A program made the position numbers and the translations under genes. From Lama glama (Eukaryota): 64,000 nt of DNA. Numbering within the stretch: position 1 is the first letter of the stretch; every line of letters begins with the position of its first letter. This document shows positions 24,614 through 40,073 of the stretch, in pieces. The stretch is from assembly GCA_028534125.1 (NCBI GenBank), contig CM052817.1, positions 46,254,001 to 46,318,000 of the forward strand, read 5' to 3'. Below the pieces are notes generated by a model that made no database searches, was not told the origin of the DNA, and saw nothing but the letters and a program-made list of their open reading frames with translations.

Positions 24614-26219
24614 CTAGAATATAGAATAACTTCCATTAATGATTACTGAGTTTTTCAAAATTTATAATGCTCCAGTTCTGCAGGAGTTTTAGTTACATCC
24701 TGAGAATAGAAAAATTGCTTTGAAATGATCAAATCACTTTGAAACCAAAAGTTAGATAAGGAAATCTAGATGACCCTTAATATTGTTCCCTTCAACTGAC
24801 CAGTGGAAAATCAAGTGAGACCAAATAAGGGTGTGTGTTGACCATCAAAGGAGAGTTATAAATAGGGTCCTAGAAATCCAGGATTTGAAAGTTCTGTATT
24901 GACAGGTCAATACATAGGTGCAGGGGGTATTCACTAGCTTGATAATAAGATATATAAATTCTGAAAATAACAAAATAAGTACACTAAAATGGGATGATGT
25001 ACTATGGTAGCACAGGTGAGATATTAATTCTGCCTCATTTTGAGAAGGTGTCAAGGAAGGGTTCCGAAAGGAGTCAATGTACATTTTTAGGTCATGAAGT
25101 ATGAACAAGAGTATACTAATCAGGGAAAGAATAAAATGGCATTCCAAACCAAAAGAACAGTAGGAAAAAATGGACCAACCTTGAAGTTATATGTTTAGAA
25201 AATGATGGAGAGGTCTAGGATATAACAGGAAGTATTCATACATGCTTTAATAAGTGATTTAGGAATAAGAAAGGTTAGCAGTCTGAGGGATTCCAGTGCT
25301 TAAAGTCTGAGCCAAGTAAGGGGAATCAGAGAAAGGCAGTGGTGAGGGCAGTCAAAGGAAGGACTTCCAGTAAGAACGTGCCTGTGTGAGATAGTATCTT
25401 CTTTCTTCTCCTCCCAGATAACATGCAACACTACACAGTTAATGACAATAACAAAAACTGCAGGATTCCTGTATTCAGCAAAACTAGAAGACATATTTTC
25501 CACAGACTCCAAAAACATGTAAAAGTTACCCAGGAGTAGCAGAGTTAGTGGATACCACACAGGGAGAAAGGCAGAAAGAAGTTCAGAGAATACCAAGATG
25601 GCCAGTACTGGCAGATCTCTGAAAATGACGACAAAAATACACTTCCTGAAGGTGAAGGGGGTCACATCAAAATGCAATATATCTCTCTCGTATTTGTAGC
25701 AGAGAAGGTAGGAATAAAGGCGAGAGAAGCCCTTTTGGACCTAGCATAGTTCACTGTGGGTGTAACACAAAGACTCACACAGAGGAACCATTTAAATGGG
25801 AAGCAGTTTGACTCTGTGAAAGTGGTAAAGGAAGAATCTGAAGGCTGCCCAGGATGTCCTCCCCAAACCCCAGCAGAAGTACCCTGCAAACAGCTGATCC
25901 AAGAAAATCCAACTCATTCCATGATAAGTAATAAAAAACAAAAAGGATTTAACACAGCATCAATACAAGGATACTATATAAGGATCAGCCCAGGAGAATT
26001 TTGATTCTGGTGGTACTTACATGACTATATGCATTTGTCTAAATTCGTGAAACTATACACCAAAAAGAGTAAATTTTACTATATGCAAAATTTTAAGTAA
26101 ATAAAAGGATACATTAAAAAAATGTCAAACCCAAGAAAAAACTGAAACAATTAAAAATTTTTTTTAAATTGAAGCATAGTTGACTTATGGGGAAATAAAA
26201 ATTAAGAATTTACCCACAA

Positions 26220-28980
26220 AGTAATAAACTAACAGAAAAATGTTATTATGGACAAGTTGAACATTATGACCAAACACTATACTAAATGTTTAAAAAATAA
26301 GAACTTAGAGTCATACAAACTGGGGAAAAAAAGACTTGAATCCATACAAATTTACCTATAATGGTCAACACTGAGACACATTTCAGCAAAGTTGATGGAT
26401 TTTAAAGATTAAAAAAAGATTTCTATGAGCAACTGGGCAAAGATTCAGATTTTTACATTGAATTCCAGAAAAATAGCAGAGCAATATCTACAAGAGACTC
26501 ATGTAAAGAAACTGGGAGTCAAGGACTTCATATCCAGTCAAATCAGCCTTCAAGATTAAAAGTTTGCTAACAATTTTGAATTATAAGAACTCAGGGAATA
26601 TTGTTCCCATGAGTTCTTCCTGAGGTATGTGCTAAAAGATGAACTTCAATGAATCAAAATATAGGAAGGAATTGAGGAAACTGACAAGAGAACTATTGGA
26701 GAGTTTTGAATATATTTAGTTAAAAAATTATGACCAAAAATGTGAGGATTGGGGTGACAGACAAAATGTAAATGCTGTTTGTTCTGATTATATAGAAATG
26801 ATGCAACTAATAAAATTAGAAGGGGAAGGCCAAAGATGAGAAAGTTTGCTGACTGCCTATATCTAATGACTGGAATGAACAGATATTATTTAAAACTGGC
26901 CAATCAAATAATAGAAATATAAGAATACTTTAAAGTATAAGGTAAACATACAACAAAGATAATATTTATTGGCAAATATCAGGTAGAAGACAAAGAAATG
27001 GAATTATGAAAGGGAAAGGAAACATTTTATTATCTTTTCCATTAGAATTGTCAATAGATACCATATGAAAAAATAGAGAACTAAGAGTACTGTATAAAGT
27101 TATAATAATTAACTTTCTAAATCTCCTAAATAGCAAAGGAACCATACACAAAAAGACAAAAATTTAAAAACACAATAACCATATAAACAACAAACAGAAT
27201 AGAAAATAATATGACAGTTCAGATTGTATATACTTACCATAATAACAAATATAAATTCCTCTAAGTTATCTATATAATATTTTCAAATTGGTTCACAAAG
27301 CAAAATCTAATTCTATATTTTATATAAAACACACCTAAATCAAAGCTGTTTTCAGCATCAAATAGAATAAAAAGATACATATTATAATGCAAACGGGGGA
27401 TTCAAATGAAGACACAACAATGGTAAATATATAAGTAACAAGTAAAAGAGAAATATAATCATAAAACAGAAATTACAGGAGGTACACAGAAATAGAAACA
27501 TATTGTATTTGTTGAATTCAGTTAACCTTTCTCAATCCATGACAGAGCAAAGATATAGTAAATATGAATAACATAATTCATGACTTATATCTGATTACAA
27601 TATATCAAGCTCCAAAAAGAGATCATATATTTTCCTTTAAGATGCCCCAAGAATATATTTTTAATGATATGATTTTTGACAACAAAGAAAATATTAATGA
27701 ACACCAAAAAGTAGATGGTTAGGTAAACTATAGATATTTTCTTTGATCACAACTCATTAACGTTATAATTACTGGCAAAAATCATAAAAAATTTAGAATA
27801 TTATTTTAAACAATCCTTGGATCAAAAAGAAAACACAAAACAACATTGCAGAATTTCGAGAAACATGTACAATGAAAGTACTACAGATTGGATCCTATAA
27901 AATATAGATAAAGGAAAGCTTAGAGGAAAATTCACAGTCCTAAATTATTATATAAATAAAACGGGAATTTAAAAATGAGTGAATCAATTATTACCTTAAA
28001 ATGTTAGGTAAAGAACAATAAAATTAATGATAAAATGATTAATAAACATAAATGTTTATATAAATAAGCCTAAAAACTGGAATATTATAAGCAAGGAGAG
28101 AATTCAATAAATTAGCCAAATAAAAAGGAATATATAGAAATAAATGTGAAAATGAATAAGGAATCCTTAACTAAAATGAGAGCTGAGAAGACCTGTAGAG
28201 GATGCTCTCACTACTACAATGCTCCATCATTTGTATGCACTCACCTCTATTTGTGCGTCCCATGGGAAGAGCTATACCTAGCATTCTCAAACAAGAAGTC
28301 AATTACAACAGGAAGGAACATTTTTCTTGCCTAGCAACAACAGCCCAGCCAATGAGAAACCATTGCCATCCTGAACTCTTACTTTCCTCCAATAAATTTT
28401 CGTTTAGAACGGTCCCTCCCAACTCTCCCCTTTTCTCTATAAAAGCAAGCTCGCCTCCTTTGTACTCTGGATTTGCCTGTGGTTCACCATAGCTTGTATT
28501 TCGAAAACTGCAATTCCTCTGGGTATTCCCATATAAAGTCATTTTGCAGATAAGGTAACTGGCTATTTTATTTTTAAAGCAGACATAAATACTATCCTAT
28601 ATAAAAACATGTAAGAAGATATAATGAAAGAAAAGACCCCATTATACTAGTAATACAAAAACTAAAATCCCAGAAGTAAACTTAACAAGAAATGAGTAAA
28701 ATTTATATGGTAAAAGACAATCTCCAGAATAACACCAAAAGACTTAAATAAGACTGAGGACTAGTCATGGTTTATAGATTAAACCATGTTCTTGAGCAGA
28801 AAGGCTCAACATCATAAAGATGACACTCCCCACTATGTCCATTACACATTGTATACAACTCTAATAAAAATGGAATTTCTGCTTCTTTCTGGATGAATAG
28901 AATTTTATTCTAAAGTTAATATGGAAAAATAAATCAGAAAACCAGCCAATCTTTGAATAGGAAGAACAATGAGAGGAAAC
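26220..28980 (+). mobile_element. Ancient A-rich HAL1/L1ME-like remnant, interrupted by an LTR
   Basis: gaactcagggaatattgttcccatgag (HAL1/ORF1-like) followed by degraded ORF2-like phrases (cttagaggaaaattcacag, gtaaacttaacaagaaatg). Boundaries approximate. Confidence 0.65.
28145..28585 (+). mobile_element. Solo ERV1-class LTR (441 bp)
   Basis: TG...CA ends, 4-bp TSD taaa (28141-28144 and 28586-28589), internal ccaat and tataaaa. Confidence 0.85.
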
Positions 28981-31804
28981 TCCTTGTACTTGATGCAGAA
29001 AGACTACTTGAGTAATTGTTCTCATTTAAGGTAATGGTACCACCTTCTGCCCAGTTACTTAGTGAAAGTCTGTGAGTCTCCTTGTTTTCTCTTTTTATTC
29101 TACTTGCTATAAGCCATCAACAAATGCAGAGTATATATTTAGAACCATCCCAAGACACCAAAATTATGAAGCATCTTCTCATCCCTATCTTAATATAGTT
29201 CTCCTATATTTAGAAATATACATTAGCAGTCCACTCAAGCATTCTCTGGTTCCAGATAAAAGCCTCCCAAATCCCTACAAAAGCCAGAATTAAAATCAAG
29301 ACTAAACCAAAACCTCCCCCTTCATCAGTACTGATGATTTAAGCAAGGAATTGAAAGAGACATAATCCAATGTGTTATACAAACAACTATGATTAACAAT
29401 CTGAAAAGTTTCATGTAAAAAAAACATTAAGATGAATTTCAATCAGCATGGAAGAATCTTTTAGGCAGTTCCACTCCTTCGATAGTAGTATCTAGTTAAC
29501 TTGTTATTGCTTCTAAGTGAGTTAGGCCAGCGATACTCATGACACCTATCAGAGTCATATTTAGACTTGATTGGTCAGTTTCTGACTGTTGTGCTATCAA
29601 GCCATGGCAAGGCTTCTAGCCTGCTGTTCATTAGACTAGATGATGATAGCAAAAGAGGGGTGAACCAAGGGTGAGTTAAGAGCAAATGTATTCAAATAAT
29701 GCGTCAGACTCTCCTGCCTTTGCGCCCCGATACCGGTTCCTGGTGCTGAGAGCTAGATACCCTAACTATTGCCTTATTTAACCTGTATTACTTGGCATTG
29801 TGAAAATTGTTGTCATTCCTATTTTCAGTTCTGGTGCCGTTATTTTTCTTCAGTGACTCCTATGGCTTGCTGTGCCTAATTGTTTCTTGCACCTCAGCTT
29901 TTTACCTAGGGTAATCAGCACCAACAAGTTACAGTAGCTACTTTATAGAATGATGCATGTATCTCTGACCCTCAGATGACGTCTTCCCACACTCAGTTTT
30001 ATCCTCGTATTGTGTGTATGATAACCGCCTGGGCGAGGGTCTAATTTTTCCATCACACAAACCTAGATAAAAATGTTCTATAAGTAGAGTCTTAAGCAAT
30101 TTCATTGTGTCCAGTGCTTTACACCACGTTTGTAAGATATAGCAAGAATAAAAGACTTAGAACCTATCTCCTGGAATCATAGGTTCTGTTAGAACTTAAT
30201 AATTAGCTGCTGGGCAAGATACACTCCTTACACAATCAAGAGTTGTCCACTCCCAGCCACCTGAGTGGTTTTCTAGTCTAAAATTACCTCTGTGATTTAT
30301 GCAAAATTGCAGATTGTAGCAAAGAGTTGTTGGCAACTGACACAGAATGCCAATTTGAGGAAATTAGTATTTGCTCTTAAAAAAAGCTAACACAAACAAC
30401 ACAATATTGCTTCATTTTAGAGTGTCTATTTTTTTTTTTTTGGTTAAAATTACCTAAATGAGAAGTTCACTTATTCAGACATTTCCAGGCCATTTCCTAC
30501 CTTCATTTATTTAATAATTAAGAAATCATCCTAGGACCATGCCAAGCAATGGAGACACACAGTTCTCACATGGAGAACAGATCTGAATCAGAATCATAAT
30601 ACAGTGTGACAGTTCCACGTCAAAAGGAGGTGTAAGTTACAGCGTTGACATCAAGCACCATTATCTACTCTAGCTGAGAAGAGCATGGGGCAGTTAAAGG
30701 TCTTAGAGACAGATTCTTGATGTGGGTAGGAATTCGGTTTGCTTCTGCTTCAGTTACCTTATGCTTTTCCTATCCTTTCCAATTGATAAATTATTTTCTA
30801 TAAAAATGTGAGGAGGGCATATTATTTAGCCCCAACTGTTAGAAACTTCTTTCTTAAAGGAGTGGAAGTCTACCTTTTCCCAGCTTTTACCATGATCCTA
30901 TATCTGTCATCCACAGCAACGCAGAACAAGTCTCATCTTCCTTTTCCATGAGGTACATCTGCAAATAACGACATACTTGCTTCTGCCTGCGTCAGCGGAT
31001 GAAGCAAAAGGGTGAATCCAACAGGAGCTAGAATTTCACATGTAGGGTTCTGCTTTGTCACTTTCTCTGGATAAGGGAAATCTGAGTCATTCCTGTTACA
31101 TTACTTCATCCCTGGTCTGGCTTAGAGGAAAATTGCTGAGGAAACTGCAGGAAGGAAAACTCAGTACTCATCAACAGAAGAGCACTTGATGGAAAAAGGA
31201 CAAATGTCTCCCAGAGGCCTAAAGATTTTGTATTTGAATATGTTATTTCTTTCTCTATAAGCTGCTATTGCATCTTGAAGCACAAAACAGACAAACAAAA
31301 AACCTTTCCACAGAAAAATTCTCTGTAGAAGCTAAATAGGCAAAGCCAAAACATATGTGATGGGAATCATCCTTATATAAAAACCTACCACATGTCCAGC
31401 ACTGTTCTAGTGCTTTACACACGTTAACTCATACATCGTCACCAAACACTGTAAGAGTATTTTTATGAGACACAAATTAACATTATTTACATTTTATAAA
31501 TGAGAAAACTGAGGAAATACAAAAAGCCCAGTAATCTGTCCAAGGTCATAAAATTATATGAGCCAGAACTGAAACTCATTTAGTCCAGTTTTAGTGTCCA
31601 AGCTTCTAGTCATTTCTCTATCCAGCCTCCACACTGGACAGAAAGAAAAGGAACTGCTGGAATTCACAGTTGTAAAATCAGAGCTGGCAAATGCCATGTT
31701 TTCACTTGTCAGCAAAATAGCATTTCTCAGATTATCATCTTGACTCTTTTAGGAGGCCAGTGTGGGATCTTGGAATAACAGTGGGTTCATTTCAGTGTTT
31801 TGAG

Positions 31805-31983
31805 CAGTCACCCTCAATTACCCTGACTGTGTTAAATTCATCTATGGAGCTTTCTAAAAAATACTGATACTCAGGTCTAGCTCATAAAGATTCTGATATA
31901 ACTGTTCTGCATTGGGATCCGGTGACTACATTTTCTAAAGTCCCCAGATGATTCCAGTGGAAAGCTAAGGTTGAGAACCACTG
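31805..31983. mobile_element. MER5-type hAT-Charlie MITE
   Basis: aaaaatactgatactcagg...ccccagatgattc...aggttgagaaccactg terminus. Confidence 0.8.
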
Positions 31984-34900
31984 GTTTAGAATTTGGGAAG
32001 AAGAGAATGACTCAGAAACTGAAAATGAGAAGAAATGTCTAAGTGAGATCAGAGAAGTGCATACCAATGGTGGCTTTGATCTACGCTAAACAATAAAAGA
32101 AATAATCCTATAAAATATGGCCATTTCATTAAATTAAAAAGCATAGTATGAATATTACTCAGTCCATTACATAGCTCCCTGATTATAAGGATCCTTAGGA
32201 GAAATTAATTTTTGGTCTTAATATCAGAAAATGTTTTATTTATCCTGAGCATGTGTTTGTTTTTAATCTTAAAGACACTTAATTGGGTAACTAGTCATCT
32301 TTTTTTTTTTCAACTGCTAAAAAGCTTCAGAATGAAATTAGTGACCCTATCACATTGAGTTTAGACTCAATTAAATAAATTCAACAAACATATATTCAGT
32401 GACAGTATATAAAAAAAGCAATGTGCTTGGTAGGGGTAAAATAGCCATGGAGATTTAAAGATAAGCCTATTTTTAGTTGTAGCTTTATTCTTGGCTCTAT
32501 TTTAGATCCAAGCCTTTCTTCCCCTTTTCTTAACTATTTCTCATTTGCATTGTGCTTTATCTACTGCTGTGGCCCACCTTAAACACTTTTTAGAATAAGT
32601 ACATCACAATGGCTAATGTGAACTGAACACTTCCTACGAGTAAACACTGAGTTCTAGGAAGATGCAGGAAGAGAGTGTGCACTCAGGCAGCATGATCAGA
32701 GAGCCTGTTTTCATTGACACTAGGCTCTCCTGCTCCAGGAGTCAATCTTCACCCATCAAGACTGCAGCGAGAGTGAGAACAAGTTGGCAGTTATAAATGA
32801 AGATATTCACTTTGGACTCATATTTTTAGGATTATTTTCCCATTAATAGGGATGAAATGTGTTAAATCATCCACATGAATCAGTTCTCCAGGTGACCAAA
32901 TTCTTCATGCTACCAAACTGTGAGGTCAGTGTTGATGGTAGTATTCCTGAATGTGAAACAGATTTTAAGCTATTAAAAACAGAAATAACAACAAACTAAA
33001 TTTTAAAGCAGTCAGACTCTCCCAAATCCTAGCCAAATGAGGTAGCCAGCCCAGCCATGGGACAAAGGGTTAAGTATTAGTATGGACCAAGGTATTGCCC
33101 TTTCTTTTGTGTCATTTTGGCTAGGAGGTGAGTGTACATAATTATATAATTATCTTTCTATAATTTTTGAATTTTATTTTCTGCTTTCTAAAATTAACAT
33201 ATGAAAATAAACTCGGATCTTGCTACATCTGATTCTGCAAACTAGCTTAAAAGACCATAGACCAATGCTAAATAAGTATTCACAAGGTTCCTTCCTGAAT
33301 TTGGGACTGAAAAATGCAGACACCTTGAAGAACACTGTGCTGTTCACTGCCCTGTTCTTCCTCTGTGTGGGAGAAGGTAGACCTCTGGGGTGTACTAGTA
33401 CAAATACAGAAAGTATACAAGTTCAGATATAGAGCTATGGGGGAGAAAAAAAAAAGGTCCTGGGTCAAATACTGAAGACTGGTACTCTCAGAGATTCCAC
33501 ATTAGAGCTCTCAGTGCTACCTTTTAAGGCTATATTATATTACTATAGTCACACCCAACTTATATGTTTGATTTTGTTTAACCCAGACTTATTAGACTAA
33601 TTCTTGCCCCTTTAAAAAATAATTAAACCCATTTAAGATCTTGTGGTACATGGGTGTGCCTAAGAAACAGCTTATGAACAGCTGCATTAGAACTTTCATG
33701 ACACTCTGGTGCTACAAATAGTGAATGTATTCATTCACTTACTGAACAAAGACTTCTTGGAGAGCCATTGTGCTAGATGTTAGAGATAAAATGGGAAGAT
33801 AAGCAGATCTGGCTTTCACTCTTGTGGAGTTGATAGACCAGCAAGTAGGATGAACACTAATCAGATAATGACACAGATAAGTGATAATCACAAACTGATC
33901 AATGTGGTGAAGGAAAAGTTCTTCAGTGTGTCTGTGGTGGTGTGTGTGAGGGGGTGGGTGAGATTTTCAGAGGAGCTGGCTTCAGGAGTTATATCTGATG
34001 CATCTGATGTATATCTGAAGTAATAACACTATTTTGCATTGACTTGATGTTTTTAAATCATCAAATCGTCAATTATCATTATAAAATTACTCACTTTGTA
34101 GAGAATGAACTTTTTTCTTCTAGAAATTTCAGAAATTTTTAATAACTTACTAGAAGATATTTTTATTTTTGTTTGTGAGGTGGGATCTTTAGTTTGAAGA
34201 GTAGTGACAGAAAGTAGACAATAAAAACATTCCACTGCAATAGTAACAGAAGTTAGACAAAAAAAAGGTACAACATTCATATATAACTGTGATTAGAAAT
34301 TATCCATTCCTTCCTACAACTAAGCTTTTTATTATAGAAAGCTCTCCTCTTTTGCAGCACTTTGTACAACTACAATGATTAATTATTCATACCTAATTGT
34401 TTAATGACTGTCTTTCCTACTAAGCTGTAAGCTCAAGAGGACAGGGCAATATCTGATTTTTTCACCATCATATTCCCCGTGCTAGTGACAAAGAAATCAG
34501 GCCATCGTAAGAAGGCCGCATTACATATCAGCAGCTCAAGGAAAACAAAAAATCTAAACAAAATGATAGATTTTAAGTGTTTTACTGGAAAAACACTGAC
34601 CTCTTTCAATTAATGCTGTCGATAACAACTTCCTCTCTCTTCCCAGAGTCCTGAGGTCTCTCCCCTTCCTGATGGTCATGAGGCACCCTCCTCCACTGTG
34701 ATCTGATTCTTGGGGGAAGGGGAGTCATAAGTTATATTTTTATATAAATTGCTATAGTGTTAAAATGTGAAGGAATCAGTGTGTGGTAGGCACCTAGCTA
34801 CTTATCTCCCTCTTCCCCACGATATAGGGATAGTTTTCAATAAATGGCAGTGTTTTATTTTAAATCCCCAGCCTGCAGCCTTATTTTCTACAATACAGGC

Positions 34901-37900
34901 ACATAGGAGACACTAAATATGCTTTTATTGATTCATTGACTAGTTGCATTATTACATGCCAAGCCCTGTGCTAAATTCCAGAGATATAAACAGCCTAAGA
35001 CAAAATATCTATCATTGAGCAGTTCATATTTATTATATGTGTGTAGGACAGGGGAATGGGTAGACAATCAACATGCAACAGTATTAGCATTGTGATGGCA
35101 GCATATATAAGGTGCAAAAGTTAGATCTGGTCCACATCTTGAAAGATGGGTGGGAGGTGAGAGCAAAGCAGGTGAGTGATGGGAAATGGCAGTCTCTGCA
35201 GAGGGAACAGGGTAGGTAATGCCAAGCAGGCAGGGAAGAGACGGTGTGTTTGGGAAACAGTGTGTAATTCTATGGAGCTTCTGCATGAGGTATGAGGGGT
35301 AATGTGATGGGAGGAGTGGCTAAAAAGGCAGGTGGAGCAGAGCACAGCAACTTTACAAGTGATGCCTGGAACAACTGGGCTTATAGACATTAGAAAGGGA
35401 TGCTTTGTATTGGTAGTAAAACAAATGTCTGGTACTCTGAGGTCATGAAAAGAGAAGAAATGAAAGGGAAAGAAAAGGATTTGGACTTCATTTTATATTT
35501 TAAATAGTCTTTAATGTTAGTTTCAACAGTAACTAATAGTTCCAGCTGTGAGAATAGGCGGTATAAGTACAGTGCTTTCCAGATACTAGCTGGCTGAATT
35601 TAAATGGCATTGAAAATGAAACAGTATCCCTACTATTCAGCTTAGAAAATGAGACTACAGCAAGCATTTGTTCTGTTCTATCGCTTTCCACTCTGCAAAC
35701 TCAAAGCTGTAATTCAGTAAAGTCTAGTCAACATGGAGGCATCACAAAACATTCCCCCAGTATCTTCCCATGAGTACTTCTAAATTAAGGAATAGTGGGA
35801 TGGAAAGAGCAGAGGCTAAATGCTGGCCACTCCTCCCTGCCCCAGTTTGACAACGGTTCATTCTACAGAGGAGCAAAAGCCCCACTCCACTCCACTGCCG
35901 ACAAGACTAAGAATCTTGGTCTTGGTGGCATGATTGCTTTGCGTGACTCCTGCACTCCTAGGTGTCCCTTTTTGGCTCCTCTTTTTGAAACCCAAGAGTG
36001 CCTGGCCCAGCCTGGCGCTGGGCTGAGCTTAATCACACATACCACTTATATCATGTTGCACTGCCTGGAACATCTGCTCCTGTGTTACTATCTGAAGGCA
36101 CCTCCTGTAGGCGGGAGGTAATACTTCCAGGTTGGCAAAAATGTTCATTTTTCACAACTGCAGCCAATTTTCACAAAGGGAAGGCATTCCACTGACAAAA
36201 TATCTTGTGGTTTTCCATTTAGATAGGATGTCCCTTGAATAAAAAATATCTGATATGTAGAAATTTGCAGCAGATGGGCAGCTTGGGTGTAAAAGCTGAG
36301 CACCAATGCAGAAGCAGCGCCTTGAGAAAACATGGTGTCCAAAGCTGAACCCTGAAGATGCAGTCTGTCATCCTCTGGAAACAGAGGACTAAGTCATCAC
36401 TGTACCCCACAGTGTTTCACAGAGAATATGTACTGAATGCATATTGCCTGAATGAAATCAAGAACACCTCTGGGTCCATAGGACTCTAAGCAAAACCAGC
36501 TACTTGCTAACCCTCAAATGCTCTTTTAAAAAGACCCAGCACCAATGCCACGGCAACAGTCCCACATCTCAGTTAAAGGAGCAGCACGTAGCCCTATGCT
36601 GTGGCCATTTAGGGGGACCTATTTAGATGAGATGTCCTACATAAGAATATAAAATAGGCAGAAAAGAATTTGAAGTAAGATCAGATTCTGTATTCGTTCA
36701 GTGGTAATTAATACACATAATGCCTTGTCATTATGACACTTTGTTATCTTGAAGGGAAAAAAACAACTGTTTCAAAGAAATTGGAGGACTTCTGTCTTAC
36801 CTCATCACAGTAGAGCTAAGCATAAAGACTTTGTGCTAAAGCCAACAGTGTTCAGTTTTCCTTCTGAATGGTGACACTGGGTAGTTACCACACACAAAAA
36901 GGTTACCAGAGCAGCAGTGATTTATCGGCGGTCACGATGGTACTCAAACAGCCTAACAAGTAGTAGGGCTTAGGAGAAGAGACGCTCCACTCCCAGTGTC
37001 TTTATGTTTCCTCAGTTAACCAAAGGCTTTCCTTCACAAATGAAATGTTTACTTAAGGATGCAGAATTTTATTTTGTGCCACTGAATATTTCTCATTTAA
37101 GTCACCTGTACTTGCATACAATGCTCCCTCTGTACTTCCATCCCCACCCTACCACCACCAAGACTATAAGCTCTTGAAAGACAGGGACCACTTGTCGCTC
37201 TCTATAAACTACATAGTGGCTCAAATGTCATGTCTGCTACGAAGCTTCCTGGGATGACACTTCCTCAGCAGATGGGTGTCTCCCTGCAGCATCCTGCTAT
37301 GTTGGGTATCAGCACTACCTCTTTACCTCAAGAGTTTAGCACATTCTCAGTCCTCTAAATATTTCAAGCCCTTGAAGAATTCAAAGAAGCTCTTTCTCAC
37401 CAAACAGCTGGGGTCCATGTCCTAACTCATCCAGACTAAAAGCTATCCAGGTGTCGACACATATTTATCAAGCTAAGTTACGGTACGGGCATATTTCTTC
37501 TAGTGCAATTATCTTCTGCTTTAAGACACAAATGAATCATTAGCGCTCTGAATCTTTTCTGGCCAAGAAATACAGTGTGAGCTGAATGCTGAACATTGTG
37601 AGTGTCACCAGAACATGTTCTATAGATATGAAGTTGCCCAGTTAATCCTCCTTCATTATCTCCATTAGCTAACAAGGCACATGGAGTCACTGCACATAAT
37701 TACTGCTCTAATAGACATGGACGTTTGAAATATTAACTTTCCCACAGACTTCAAATCTTCAGTAAGCAGCTCTCAACAATTCATTATATTAATCATATAT
37801 GCCACCACACTCCTATTAAATATGCATGAGATTAAACACCATCCATGTTGTGAACTGTCCAACATCATTTTTAATATAATGTATTACTTTTTAGGTACTA

Positions 37901-39432
37901 TAATTATAACAGCACCTGGTGCTGCTATAATAAATGTAAATTTAACAACTTGGCATGTAAATAACCAGTATTATAGCTAATTCTGCTTTTATTCAATTTT
38001 TAACATGCATTCAGGTGAAAATATTTTGTGACACAACGTGTAAAGTATTAATAAAGTTAATGTTTTACAACATAGGAATGTCTAATTTAAAACTGCATGA
38101 AGAAGAAGTAAATAAATTTTCTTAGACTTAGGTATTTTGCAAATAATTCAAAATTGGAATTTATCAAGAAATTAGCACACAATGTATTACTACAAGAAAA
38201 ATGTAAAGTACAATTTATGATGTCATATTTCCAATCTAATACTTTATAGCCTTTATAAATTCTATATTTATGCAAATTATTACAACAAAGACTAGGTTTG
38301 ATCCCCAAAAAAGCAAACATAAAGTCCAGCAGAAAAAGAAAATAAAATTTCAAATGAAGGTGAAAAATACATCATTAACCTTGGATTATGTTACTCTAAA
38401 CTTTGTAGTTATGTCTATGGCCACAGAGTATTAACTTAAGCATAATAATGGAAATAATAGTAGTAGCCACAGTTTACACATCCCAAGGGCCTACTTAACC
38501 TACTGCGTGAGGCACTGTGAGTAGAGCTTTACACTCAAATCTCATTCAATTTTCACAATAACTCAGTGAAGAAGATAGTAATACTATCTGTGCTTTACAA
38601 ATGAGGGAAATGGAGGCTTATACAGATTAAATGACTTGTCAAGGACACAGGGCTTGGTAGGAGAGGGGTCTGACTTCAAGTCTTCTGTCCTCCTAAACAC
38701 GCAGTCAGCACCCACCGGCCAGCTCAGAACACCATGTCCTTGTATGGCCTTGGGTAAGTCACTGAAGTCTCGACAGCTCATTTCCTCTGACTGCAAAATC
38801 CAAATACTAATCTATGCCGGAATTATTGAGGATTAAACGAGATAGTTCACAAGAAAGTGCTGTGCAAGTAATGGAGTTACATAATGCTGTTGCTATGTTA
38901 TCAATGAGATAAGAAAATGAAATGTTGAAAATGAAGAAAAAATTGCCCATTGGCTCTTGGTCAAAATTTCCCAACAAAACTAATACACCAAGGTAAACTT
39001 CCCTGGTTGTTTTACCTTGCTTAACACAGAAACGGTTACATAAGGGAAATATGAATCAGTATCTCCGTAAGAGACAGATAGATAAGCATTAATAGATTAA
39101 ATTAGAAGGGAATAGTAAAACCAGAAATGCAACTTTGTGGATGGTTACGATGCAAACTGTGTTCATACTACCAGATTTGGCCTTTCAAAGAGCTCTTCAA
39201 AACTAAGGCTTCTTAAAGTTACCTTGAGTCACTATCAGGCCCTAGTTTACTATGATGCACATACACATTTTGATTTGTGGCAATATTTAAATCCTTAAGT
39301 CCAAGGAGAAAAAACAACATTCAAAAGTCTTAGAATTTACATTTTAAATAAGTGATACATTATAATTGGGCTTATTTTTCCATACGGATTTGTGGCTTAA
39401 AAAATTATTTCATATGCATCATAAAATTAGTA

Positions 39433-39647
39433 CTGTTGACCCTTGAACAATGCAGAGGTTAAGGGCACCAACCCTCTGCCCAGTTGAAAATCCACACGTA
39501 ACTTTACAGTTGGCCCCCATAATCATGGTTCCGTGTGCATTGATTCAATTAATTCACCCTGTAGTACTGTAGTATGTATTCAGTGAAAAAAACCTGCATG
39601 TAAGTGGACCTATGCAGTTGAAACCCATGTTGCTCAAGAGTCAATCA
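39433..39647. mobile_element. Tigger2a/MER8-like TcMar MITE
   Basis: Terminal inverted repeats ctgttgacccttgaacaa and ttgctcaagagtcaatca, flanked by TA. Confidence 0.85.
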
Positions 39648-40073
39648 TATCTGAATAAATGAAATCAGAAAACTGGAATTCACCAAGGTTAATAGTGGTA
39701 AAACAAAGTCTTTTACCCATACCTTGGTGGTGTGTGTTGGGGGGTGTGGTGTGTATGGACAGACACGTATCTATTAACATGTGATTTTTATGTATCTAGT
39801 ATGTGTCTAGCCTTTCCACCCTTCTTAATGTTTAAATTTTTAATGATTTAAAGGAAGTGTATATACTCAGAAGAAAAAGTAGGAACAAAGGGGTCACATA
39901 TTTCCAATAATTCTTATATTCATTATCAAGGTGCTCATGTCATTAGAGAAGGAATAAGGAAAATCTTTATTTGCATAAACCCACAAATATGCTAAGTCAC
40001 ATTTTCAAACATCTTCATCTGATGATTTTAAGAAGAGACTGTATGAGTGCCTTCAATCTCCAGACCCACCTAC

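Noticed and set aside
36801..36968. Possible 168-nt cryptic exon with a GAG|gtaaga donor
   Set aside because: Weak AAG acceptor and no other support, so it cannot be told apart from background pseudo-exons.
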